Made by a program: the position numbers and the translations under genes. DNA of 64,000 bases, from positions 64,001 through 128,000 of the IMG/VR virus record IMGVR_UViG_3300025120_000017; one strand, 5' to 3'. Positions 40,476 through 49,315 of this stretch are shown in pieces (positions within the stretch are counted from its first letter, which is position 1; every line of letters starts with the position of its first letter). Below the pieces are notes generated by a model. It was not told where the DNA came from, did not search any database, and saw only the letters and a list, made by a program, of their open reading frames with translations. This DNA comes from a virus.

Positions 40476-41242
40476 TATTGTCCGTTTGTTGTAAAGAAAA
40501 AACTAGGTGAGCTTAATCCTTTAATTTCTTCTTCTACTTTTTCAATCATAGTTACACCATTATCAAACCATTTAGAATAATCAATTTGTACATTTCCAGG
40601 AAGTTCCATTTGAAATGCTCCTAATATGTTTCCTAATTGTTTATAGGATTCTCCTAAAACATAATTATAAAATAGGTCTAGTCCATATAATGCTTCATAA
40701 GGAACTTTAATCATTACATCAAGTATAAGATCTGGGCAATTCTTAACGTCACCTTTTATAAATAGCCTATTATTTAATCGGTTGTATTCATATGTAAGTG
40801 GGTGTTTAGTAATATGATACATTAGATCATCCCAAGATGCATAAACCACATATGCAAGAACTGCATCACTATACATACCATCTTCAACAGCACCACCGCC
40901 ACCTAAGCCATAATTACCATAAACAAATTTATTTAAACTAAAGTCACTTGTTAAATCTGATGTTTTTGTAAACTGATTATTTTTAGTAAGACCATTAACT
41001 GAATATACGCATGATGGTAATGTAACTCCTCTATTCATTTTAAACAATGAATCTTTCATATACTGCTCGGATGGAATTAAAATATAAACATTATCAACAG
41101 CATCTTCATAATTTCTATAAAACCATTCAGCTGTATATTTTGATATTCTATCTATTTCAGTTAATGGAATTTTAAAAGGTATATTACATGATGCTGTTAG
41201 TGCATTTATAATATCTTGATTAAATTCTTCCTTACTTCTCAT
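40475..41242 (-). CDS. Neck protein (T4 gp13-like)
   Basis: SKEEFNQDIINAL start; YKQLGNILGAFQMELPGNVQID and C-terminal ...FFF. Confidence 0.75.
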   Translation of the reverse strand: MRSKEEFNQDIINALTASCNIPFKIPLTEIDRISKYTAEWFYRNYEDAVDNVYILIPSEQYMKDSLFKMNRGVTLPSCVYSVNGLTKNNQFTKTSDLTSDFSLNKFVYGNYGLGGGGAVEDGMYSDAVLAYVVYASWDDLMYHITKHPLTYEYNRLNNRLFIKGDVKNCPDLILDVMIKVPYEALYGLDLFYNYVLGESYKQLGNILGAFQMELPGNVQIDYSKWFDNGVTMIEKVEEEIKGLSSPSFFFTTNGQ

Positions 41243-41247
41243 ATTTA

Positions 41248-42552
41248 TTAATTATTTTGTGCTTCTTCTGCGTCTATTACCTCTACAGAATCATCTATCT
41301 CAGTATCTACATATTTACCTTCTCTAAAAATAGTGTTACCTTTAATTTGCATTCGGTCTAATGTAATAAATTTTCCATTTATATATCCATTTATGACTTT
41401 ACCGCTTTCATGGTGACCATCCTTAAGTCTAGTCTTCTTTAAATCGCATGAAATTGTATCAGTGTTTGTTAAGTCACATTTACTTGTTTTACTATCTTGT
41501 AATATTGCATTATCTATCACGCATTGTATAAACCTACAGTTATGAAAAATTACCCTATGTGAATCTATCACAGTATCCTTAAAACTAATATCAACAAACT
41601 CAAGCAATGATTCGTCTGAGTCATAATTTATTTTTCCTGCCATGCCATAAGGAATGTTTTCCATCTGTTGCATTAGTGGAAAAAATACTTGTATTATTTT
41701 ATGGAACTGTGATTTAACTGCTTCAGAATTATCATTACCATCAACAGATAACTTAAGTTTTTTAAATATGTTCTTAAAATTAAAATAATCTTTACTTGCT
41801 AAAAAAAGTTTATGCTTTTTATCTACTATAGATTTAAGAATCTTATTATCTTCTTTATCATATGGTTTATTATATGATAAAATTAATGAATCAATAAAAT
41901 AGTCCATTAACTCAATAGTTTCATCAGATCTAATTGCATATTTAGGTCCTCCTAAATATCTAAATTCTAAATAACCTTTTGATAATTTAGTAAAGTTTAT
42001 TCCATAGTACTTATTACTTGGAAATACATAATTTGTTTTATTAAATGTTAAATTATCAATGGCATAACTGCCATGTCTAGGGAAAATAGATTTAATGGTT
42101 TTGGCATATATATTATTTTTTCTATCTGGAAAATATTTATAAACCAAATCCTCATCAAAATCAATAATATATTTAAGAATGTCAATGTTTTGAATATACC
42201 TACCTTCTATATTAATGTTAATATGTATACCACATCTTTCATTAAGTGATATTTTTTTATCTTCTCTTATAAACTTAAGCATGTTTAGTAAGACAATTCT
42301 TGCTAATGGATATGATATAGGCCCAGTAACAACCTCAACTAGGCTTACGCCTCCTGAAAAATCTGGCTCCATTTTCCAATGGTCATTTGTTGGTATAAAG
42401 TCAGAATGATGTTCTTTTTCTAATTTAACATCAACTTTAAATATTTTTTTGATTTTTTTCTTAATTTCTCCTAAGTTATATTTAGGATCTCTTAAAAATT
42501 CAAACTCAAACCCTATTTGTGACTTAGTTTGTTTAATTTCGTTAGGAGTCAT
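41248..42552 (-). CDS. Amidoligase (COOH-NH2 ligase) family protein with C-terminal beta-solenoid-like repeats
   Basis: IGFEFEF, EPDFS, VEVVTGP, CGIHIN, KYYGINF, YLEFRY. Confidence 0.8.
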   Translation of the reverse strand: MTPNEIKQTKSQIGFEFEFLRDPKYNLGEIKKKIKKIFKVDVKLEKEHHSDFIPTNDHWKMEPDFSGGVSLVEVVTGPISYPLARIVLLNMLKFIREDKKISLNERCGIHININIEGRYIQNIDILKYIIDFDEDLVYKYFPDRKNNIYAKTIKSIFPRHGSYAIDNLTFNKTNYVFPSNKYYGINFTKLSKGYLEFRYLGGPKYAIRSDETIELMDYFIDSLILSYNKPYDKEDNKILKSIVDKKHKLFLASKDYFNFKNIFKKLKLSVDGNDNSEAVKSQFHKIIQVFFPLMQQMENIPYGMAGKINYDSDESLLEFVDISFKDTVIDSHRVIFHNCRFIQCVIDNAILQDSKTSKCDLTNTDTISCDLKKTRLKDGHHESGKVINGYINGKFITLDRMQIKGNTIFREGKYVDTEIDDSVEVIDAEEAQNN

Positions 42553-42580
42553 CTATTACGCATATCTTTTAATATTTAAT

Positions 42581-42609
42581 AAAAAAGACGCAGTATAATT
42601 ACTGCGTCT
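42581..42609 (-). terminator. Intrinsic terminator after the S1-like gene
   Basis: Stem AGACGCAGTA/TACTGCGTCT with U-tract on the minus strand. Confidence 0.85.
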
Positions 42610-42645
42610 CTTTGAACATTTTTAAAACATGTCTTTTATATAAAA

Positions 42646-43770
42646 TTAAACAAATGATAAATCATATTTTCCATTATTAATGTTTATGATTTTGCATTCT
42701 ACTTTATCATTACGTTCTACCTCAACATTTTTCATTTTTGATATATGTACTAGACCACTTGTATTTTTATCAAATTTAACAAATGCACCGTATGAAGTAA
42801 GTTTAGTTACTCTACCTTTTACTATTTCGTTTTTCTTATATTTAACTTCCTTTAATGCTGTTAAATCCACTTCAAATCTTGATAGGATAATTCTCTTAGG
42901 ATTAATTATTTCTTTTAAGAAAAATTCAATCTCTACACCAGGCTTAACCTGACTATTGTCAAATAATTCCTTAAGGCCTTCATCAAATTCATCTTTATGA
43001 ATTAACCCTGTGAGAACTTCATTAAACTCAACAAATATACCAAAATGCGTAGTATCAGTTACTTTTCCAGTATACTTATCACCTACCACAAGATCTTGTA
43101 ATTTTATAGGAATTAAAGTTTTTAAATATTCTCGATGAGATACGATAAGAGTGTTTTTATACTTAGAATAACTATTATTATTTTTAACAGTCATTACTTT
43201 AATGGTTTCTCCAACAAGATCATTAAAATCAACTAATCTGTTTATTCCACCTAAGCTACCTGGCATAAATACATCAAGACCTAGAATATCAAGGTCATAT
43301 CCATTATTTGATAGCCTTAATACCTTAGCATCATATACTTTCTTAGAATCCCAATCTGTCATATCATCATATAGCTCTTTCCTGATCTTTCCAGTAATAG
43401 ATGCTTTTAAATACTCAGAACTTTCTTGATCTTGAGTGATAATTACTTCAATTTCCTGACCAATAGAAAAGTCGCTTGGATTTAGTTTATCCTTATCAAC
43501 AGACACGTATGCAAGTTCTCTATGCCCAACATCTAAAGATATTTCACCCTCAGTAATAGAAACAATTCTTCCTAGAACTACTTCGCCAGTGCATAATGAA
43601 TATTTTTTAACAGGAGTTACTCCATTAAAATAGTCTTCATATGATTTTGCTAAATCTTTTGCATAAGGCTCTGTTGATAGAATTTTTAAGCCTGATTTTG
43701 TTTGAAATGGTTGTTCAGCCGTGAACACGGAAATGTTTTTAGGATCCCCATAAACTTCTGTAGAGTTCAT
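42646..43770 (-). CDS. rpsA: Ribosomal protein S1 homologue (four S1 domains)
   Basis: GEVVLGRIVSI...; VFMPGS...LIVSHR (D2-like); GKVTDTTHFGIFVEF..GLIH; GRVTKLTSYGAFVKF..GLVHISKM. Confidence 0.8.
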   Translation of the reverse strand: MNSTEVYGDPKNISVFTAEQPFQTKSGLKILSTEPYAKDLAKSYEDYFNGVTPVKKYSLCTGEVVLGRIVSITEGEISLDVGHRELAYVSVDKDKLNPSDFSIGQEIEVIITQDQESSEYLKASITGKIRKELYDDMTDWDSKKVYDAKVLRLSNNGYDLDILGLDVFMPGSLGGINRLVDFNDLVGETIKVMTVKNNNSYSKYKNTLIVSHREYLKTLIPIKLQDLVVGDKYTGKVTDTTHFGIFVEFNEVLTGLIHKDEFDEGLKELFDNSQVKPGVEIEFFLKEIINPKRIILSRFEVDLTALKEVKYKKNEIVKGRVTKLTSYGAFVKFDKNTSGLVHISKMKNVEVERNDKVECKIININNGKYDLSFV

Positions 43771-43794
43771 ATTTTTTATTTTTAAGTGTATAAT

Positions 43795-44322
43795 TTATTT
43801 AATAGTAAATCCGATTACTGGTACTGAGATTTTAGGAGGTGGAGCTCCTGCCACTGCAAGACCATTATATAAAAATGATATAGTTTTTGCATGTCCGCTA
43901 AAGACATTAAATAATGCGCTTGTTATATTATCATAATCAGCGCTTTCTTCAAATAGAGGCAATGTAGGTGGTATTGGAGGTGTTGATATTGTGACTACTC
44001 CTGAATCAACTAAAGACATTCCAATTGTAGGAATAGCAGGTAGTTTAAGACTACCTGTTGCCCATGCAGCAATAAGAGATGCTTCTATTAAAGTAAATTG
44101 CATGTATGATCCTGGAATAGATTCAGATAATTTAATTTGTGCTACTATTGCACTTTTGATGAGTGTATAATTAATTCCACTCCATCTGTTCATATTTGAA
44201 TCTTTACCATTGCTGACAGCATCTTTATAATTATCAACAATAAGACCAGCAACATCTACTATGCTGCCAGAATTATTTAAGTTATCTTTAAATGATTGTT
44301 CTAAATCAGATTTTAGGCCCAC
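43795..44322 (-). CDS. Hypothetical protein, possibly baseplate spike-associated
   Basis: GTG start; Pro/Gly-rich C-terminus; two genes downstream of gp5-like gene. Confidence 0.45.
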   Translation of the reverse strand: MGLKSDLEQSFKDNLNNSGSIVDVAGLIVDNYKDAVSNGKDSNMNRWSGINYTLIKSAIVAQIKLSESIPGSYMQFTLIEASLIAAWATGSLKLPAIPTIGMSLVDSGVVTISTPPIPPTLPLFEESADYDNITSALFNVFSGHAKTISFLYNGLAVAGAPPPKISVPVIGFTIK

Positions 44323-44325
44323 CGT

Positions 44326-45309
44326 TTATTTAAGTTTAGTTAATAAATCAGACCATAAATCAACTCTTGAAATATCAGGAAAGTTATATCCTGATTTTTT
44401 TCCTCTCATATCTTCAACACCGACTTCTTTTTCAAGATGCTTTATAACCATTTTAGTAATATCTTTATCGTTAAAACGTATAATAGGCTTTTCCATTATA
44501 GGTGAATAAGGACCTCCATACATATTATATTGACCTTCTTGAATAGCAAATATTTCTTTACCAAATTTTGTTTTACCTTTTACTTTAAAAGTGTTGCTGC
44601 TCCACTCTATATAGCCTTCTAATAGATCCAACTCAGCAGCAATTTGACTAGCTGCATCCTCTTCACTACTGTTATATTCTGCCCAAAGGGATCTATCAAT
44701 ATCATACTCTACGTTAATCTCTGCAGGAATCATTATTTTATCTCTTAAAACTCCTTCATTAACTGATTCCATTTTACCAGATGATAGGTCTTTAAGATCT
44801 TTATTAGCATTATCTATGTTTTTACTTTCTCTTTTGAATATTCCAATAAATTTCTTAACAACACTTTTTAAACCTTGTATCATTTTAGAAAGAATATTTT
44901 CATCGATACTTTCAGATTCATTTGTTCCTATTTCAAAAGAATGTCCTATATTGGTTATCTTTTTAGAAGCTGCTAAAGATTCTTCTAATATGTTTCTTGT
45001 TGCTGAATTAACTTTACCTAAAGCCATTTCAAACGCATTCTTATACGAAGCTGAACTTCTCTCATGTGCAAATCTTTTAATCTTTATCAAATAATCATCA
45101 GTTTCTGCTAGCTTTTCACCAGTTTCCTGCATTGAATCCAATAAAGGTGTTATTTGCTTACCATATTCACCAAATTGTTTTTTAGCTTCTTTAAGCTTTG
45201 CTGATAGTTGATTAATCTCTTCTTGTAAAAGATAAAAATCATCCATTGATGCAACAATTGAAGGGTCTTCTATTTTAGATTCTTTTATAAAATTTCGTAA
45301 ACTTTTCAT
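44326..45309 (-). CDS. Modular internal-head-like protein
   Basis: Leader MKSLRNFIKE|SK; linkers NESESIDE|N and MESVNE|G; own candidate late promoter. Confidence 0.65.
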   Translation of the reverse strand: MKSLRNFIKESKIEDPSIVASMDDFYLLQEEINQLSAKLKEAKKQFGEYGKQITPLLDSMQETGEKLAETDDYLIKIKRFAHERSSASYKNAFEMALGKVNSATRNILEESLAASKKITNIGHSFEIGTNESESIDENILSKMIQGLKSVVKKFIGIFKRESKNIDNANKDLKDLSSGKMESVNEGVLRDKIMIPAEINVEYDIDRSLWAEYNSSEEDAASQIAAELDLLEGYIEWSSNTFKVKGKTKFGKEIFAIQEGQYNMYGGPYSPIMEKPIIRFNDKDITKMVIKHLEKEVGVEDMRGKKSGYNFPDISRVDLWSDLLTKLK

Positions 45310-45322
45310 TTTAACTCATTTC

Positions 45323-45336
45323 TTTTTATATTTAAT
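45323..45336 (-). promoter_or_regulatory. Candidate late promoter ATTAAATATAAAAA
   Basis: Exact copy of the 14-mer. Confidence 0.65.
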
Positions 45337-46079
45337 CACTCAGGATCAATCGTAACCAATTTACTTTTAAAGTTTACAAAATCTGTTTTAAATTTGCTTG
45401 CTAATGCGGCCCAATTAGGCGATGAACCTATTGGACCACTAGGTCCTGTGGGTGTTGGTATTGCTGATATCTTAGCCAATTCAGTTATAAATGAATTAAG
45501 TAACTCTTCAAGAGTATCTCCTAATACTGCAGGCTCTGCAGATATATCTTCAGAACCAATGCTAATGCCATTATCGCTAATATGAATAGATTTTTGCGTC
45601 TTTCCATTAGATAATAAAATACTTTCATCTTCATTTTTAATTTGAATATATGTTAAGTTTTTTCTTATTATCAATCCTTGAGTTTCTGTATAAAAAATTT
45701 CAAGAGTCCTTTCTTCTCCTGGGGTACCTTCACCATCTTCTCCTAGTTTTTTATCATACATTAATGACCATACTTTAGGATAATCTTCACCGTATTCCGC
45801 TAAGAGGTCTTCAGAGTTTTTTATAGTTGTAAAATAAAATGGAACATAGTCATCATCATTCTCAAAAAACGTATTAATTATATCACCTACTTTAGGTATT
45901 ATACAAGTTCCTGTGCTTAGTTGATTATATGGAATAGCCCAAGGAATTACGCCCTCTTCAAGCTCATCATATTTAGAAAAGATTTTAATTTTAACTCTAC
46001 CTAATTGAAGCGGGTCATCTGTTCTAATAACTTCTCCAATCCAAATAGTACCAACAAGGACATCTTTAAAATACTTCAT
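45336..46079 (-). CDS. Baseplate central spike, gp5/VgrG OB-fold type
   Basis: WIGEV..DDPLQLGRVKIK, IPWAIP, IPKVGD; C-terminal AVLGD...PTPTGPSGP. Confidence 0.85.
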   Translation of the reverse strand: MKYFKDVLVGTIWIGEVIRTDDPLQLGRVKIKIFSKYDELEEGVIPWAIPYNQLSTGTCIIPKVGDIINTFFENDDDYVPFYFTTIKNSEDLLAEYGEDYPKVWSLMYDKKLGEDGEGTPGEERTLEIFYTETQGLIIRKNLTYIQIKNEDESILLSNGKTQKSIHISDNGISIGSEDISAEPAVLGDTLEELLNSFITELAKISAIPTPTGPSGPIGSSPNWAALASKFKTDFVNFKSKLVTIDPE

Positions 46080-47326
46080 TAATCATTTATATTTTGTATG
46101 AATGTAGGAGTTTCACCATCTAGTAAATTATTACCTAATTCATCAATCTTACTTCTTACACCAGCAGCACCTGCACTTACTATACTTCCTGCACTAAATC
46201 CATATACATTTCCTAAGAACAATGAACTAAGCCCAGCTGTTACTGCATTTGTTACTGAAGCTAATGCATCTTTTTTAAGGTCTTCTATAAACCCTTCTGT
46301 TGCATTTTTAAGTTCATCTGCTGCTTTTGCTTTTGCTTTTGCTATTTCATCTTTTAAGTTAAATGCATCGCTAGCACCGTCTACATTAGAAGATGTTTGA
46401 ATTCCACCTCCACCTAATAAGCTTTTATTAAATTCGCCTAGACCACCTCCGCTTAAATTTGTTATAATGTTATTTACATAATCTTTAACATACCAGAATT
46501 TTTTATCATCTGATTTATATAACATGCTAAGTATTTTAAATAGATTACTTTCTTCTACTAATTCATAATCAAATATTAAACTTTGTTGAGCTGCTTCATT
46601 ACCTCCATTATTAATTGAACTAAATAAATCTCCACCTGAGCCCATGTTAATTTCAACAAATGAAAAATCAAACATAAATTGGCTATACTCAAATTCACTT
46701 TCGCCAAAAAATGTTTTATTTACTTCTTCTGAGTTTGAATTAGGTTTAGGTTCAACGCCATCAATCTTATCACCTGCAAGAGATTGCATAAATGTTCTAT
46801 TATCATAAACCATCACGCCCATTTCAAAATGTCTTAGGTTATCTGTTAGTACTTCTCTCTTATGTACCCAATCATATGTAGCTTTTCTGTATAAATCAAC
46901 TAGTGCACTCATTCTTAAGTCTAAAGATTCTATGCATGCTATTGTAATTTGTCCTTTAATTTCAGGTTTTTCTATTTCAGCTCGTCTTTTCCAACATTCA
47001 TCTAATCCTGTTATTGATTGAAAGTACCACGGATATTCCTTATTAATCTTTTGTAGTAAATTAACAAAAGTATCAAGCATTTTAAACCTAGTAGTGTCTC
47101 CTATTTGATTTAAGTAATATCTAGCAGAATTTGAATTTGATGCTGCGCCTAATAATCCACCATGATTAGAATCATTAATTCCTCTAAAAAATAACTTAAA
47201 TCCTAAATATGTAGGGTCTTCAAACTGTGCTAAAGTATCTTTAGAATTAGTTCGAGTTTTAAACTTACTAAGATCTTCATTCTTTATATAATTAACGCCG
47301 TTTGTATTTTTACTCTCAATTCCCAT
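46079..47326 (-). CDS. Tail tube initiator-like protein (gp54/gp48-like)
   Basis: Tube-fold-like segment (YFQSITGL...ITIACIES); position in the hub cluster. Confidence 0.45.
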   Translation of the reverse strand: MGIESKNTNGVNYIKNEDLSKFKTRTNSKDTLAQFEDPTYLGFKLFFRGINDSNHGGLLGAASNSNSARYYLNQIGDTTRFKMLDTFVNLLQKINKEYPWYFQSITGLDECWKRRAEIEKPEIKGQITIACIESLDLRMSALVDLYRKATYDWVHKREVLTDNLRHFEMGVMVYDNRTFMQSLAGDKIDGVEPKPNSNSEEVNKTFFGESEFEYSQFMFDFSFVEINMGSGGDLFSSINNGGNEAAQQSLIFDYELVEESNLFKILSMLYKSDDKKFWYVKDYVNNIITNLSGGGLGEFNKSLLGGGGIQTSSNVDGASDAFNLKDEIAKAKAKAADELKNATEGFIEDLKKDALASVTNAVTAGLSSLFLGNVYGFSAGSIVSAGAAGVRSKIDELGNNLLDGETPTFIQNIND

Positions 47327-47330
47327 TTAA

Positions 47331-48791
47331 TTATTTACTTTGATTTATATTACCTCCTGGATAAGGCATTGGCCATTCTCTTCTTATAAGGTATACAATT
47401 TGAGCAAATGAGCCATCTTTTTGCCAAACAATATCATAATCTTTAACAACATACCACCCAGATAAGAAATTATCAATTAAGTATCCCTGTGGATCAGTGT
47501 ATGCTTCTTCAGTTTTTTGCTCTCTCCCTGCTAGTTCATCACCTGCAGCTCTCCTATCTTTTGCTTGCTGACCTTGCTTAAATATTGATATTGGAATGCT
47601 TTTATATTTTAAAATACTACTTGAAATTCCATTAAGAGCAATAACAAGTCCCATTTTATTTATTTCTGTATTATTTTGATAGTTTTGTATTTTAGCATAG
47701 TGATAATTAGGATGTAAACTGCCTTCATTATCTGTACTATATCTTCTGCCAAAATATTTATATTTTATTTGATTTTCATAACTATTATCACCTGCTTTAC
47801 CTTTAAGAATTACATTATCCGTTTCAGCACCTTGTGTTGTTAAAGGATCAACAAAAAAACTCTCAAATTCATTAGTGTCCATATTAAAAGAATCTGCAAA
47901 TCTTTTATATCCATTTCTCATCCAAATATCTCCTGCATTGTTAAAAAGTGAATATGACATAATAAAAGATGAACTAGTTTGCATGTTTTTATGATTACTT
48001 AACATAAACTTTTCTTGTACTCCTTCAGGCCCATCATTATCCTTGTCTTGATTTGAAAAAGTTGCCGCATCATAATCACCGCTTTGTAATGGGCCTTCTG
48101 TTTGAAAGCAACTATTTACATTTACAAAATTTAAGTAATACCATAAATCTACATAAGAAGTAAAAAAAGAATCCTCATCTTTATATGATGCATCAGTGGT
48201 CTTTTGTATAAATTCCTGTATTGTATTTTTTGCATTAAATCTAGGCATCTGGTCAGCTGTATCAGTTACATTGCTGGCAAACCCTAACTGTAATGAATCA
48301 CATATATCTAATAAATGATTATATGAGCTCCCACTAGGAAACGATATACTAATATCACTTAATAAGTCAGGAATTTTCATTATACCTGACATTTTATAAT
48401 TAGTCCCTTCTTTTCGTTGATTTGATTTAATGTTAAGAATATCAAAATCTATTCTTATTTTTTTAAATTTATCATTATTAGGACTTCTCATATATACCTC
48501 AATAAGATCACCATCTTTTGGAAAATCTGCATCAAGCATATCATCTGGATCCAAGAACTGGATCATAAGAGTTGGCCTAAATCCTATAGTACTTAGTTTA
48601 AATTTAATGATATTATTATATGTTAACCTATACCCATTAATTTTCACAAATGGGTTGGCATACCCTATAAGTTTAGAGTCATCAGGAGAGTCTCCACTTT
48701 TTTCATTATAGTTTTCCTTTATAGGAGAAGGCTTTAACTTAGGCTCTTTGACTGTAAGTACATTAGATGTATTATTTCCTAATATTGACAT
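47331..48791 (-). CDS. Baseplate hub protein (gp27-like)
   Basis: Between gp53-like and gp5-like genes; C-terminal LSGWYVV...LIRREW. Confidence 0.55.
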   Translation of the reverse strand: MSILGNNTSNVLTVKEPKLKPSPIKENYNEKSGDSPDDSKLIGYANPFVKINGYRLTYNNIIKFKLSTIGFRPTLMIQFLDPDDMLDADFPKDGDLIEVYMRSPNNDKFKKIRIDFDILNIKSNQRKEGTNYKMSGIMKIPDLLSDISISFPSGSSYNHLLDICDSLQLGFASNVTDTADQMPRFNAKNTIQEFIQKTTDASYKDEDSFFTSYVDLWYYLNFVNVNSCFQTEGPLQSGDYDAATFSNQDKDNDGPEGVQEKFMLSNHKNMQTSSSFIMSYSLFNNAGDIWMRNGYKRFADSFNMDTNEFESFFVDPLTTQGAETDNVILKGKAGDNSYENQIKYKYFGRRYSTDNEGSLHPNYHYAKIQNYQNNTEINKMGLVIALNGISSSILKYKSIPISIFKQGQQAKDRRAAGDELAGREQKTEEAYTDPQGYLIDNFLSGWYVVKDYDIVWQKDGSFAQIVYLIRREWPMPYPGGNINQSK

Positions 48792-48793
48792 AT

Positions 48794-49300
48794 TTATAAT
48801 TTAATTCCACCATTTTTAATTTCTAAATTACTTTCTCCTGTTTTTAATGCATTAGGAGCAACATTTTCTTTAGATCCATTTTTAGTACTTTTTGATATTT
48901 GTGCAATAGCTTTAAGCCTATTATCATCTTTCTTTGATTTTTTGCTTGGGTCTATGTACTTACTATTAATTTGTGAATTGATAGCTTCTTTAGATGGATT
49001 AACATAAAAGTTTTTTGCAGGTTGTAATGCAGGAACTAAAATAAGCATGCCTTCTCTAATAGATAAAGGATCACTTATTTCATTGCATTTAAGTAATATA
49101 TCAACATAATCATCAGTCCCATATAATGAAAAGCATAATAGATCAGGTCTCTTATCATATTCATTAGTGACAATAATTCTTTTAGTTATTACAAAATCTT
49201 TAGTGTCATATCCAGGTACATATGTAGGTTCAGCAAAATCTATCATTTCTACATCATCTTTTATAATTTTAATTTTATTGTCTACTGTGTCTATCTTCAT
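48794..49300 (-). CDS. Baseplate wedge gp53-like (LysM-like) protein
   Basis: RPDLLCFSLYG...ILLKCNEISDP...G..ILVP. Confidence 0.85.
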   Translation of the reverse strand: MKIDTVDNKIKIIKDDVEMIDFAEPTYVPGYDTKDFVITKRIIVTNEYDKRPDLLCFSLYGTDDYVDILLKCNEISDPLSIREGMLILVPALQPAKNFYVNPSKEAINSQINSKYIDPSKKSKKDDNRLKAIAQISKSTKNGSKENVAPNALKTGESNLEIKNGGIKL

Positions 49301-49315
49301 TATGTAAATATTTTT

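Noticed and set aside
8408-43770. Bacterial chromosome origin suggested by galE-, gmk- and rpsA-like genes
   Set aside because: Each is isolated among T4-like replication and virion genes without its bacterial operon neighbours.
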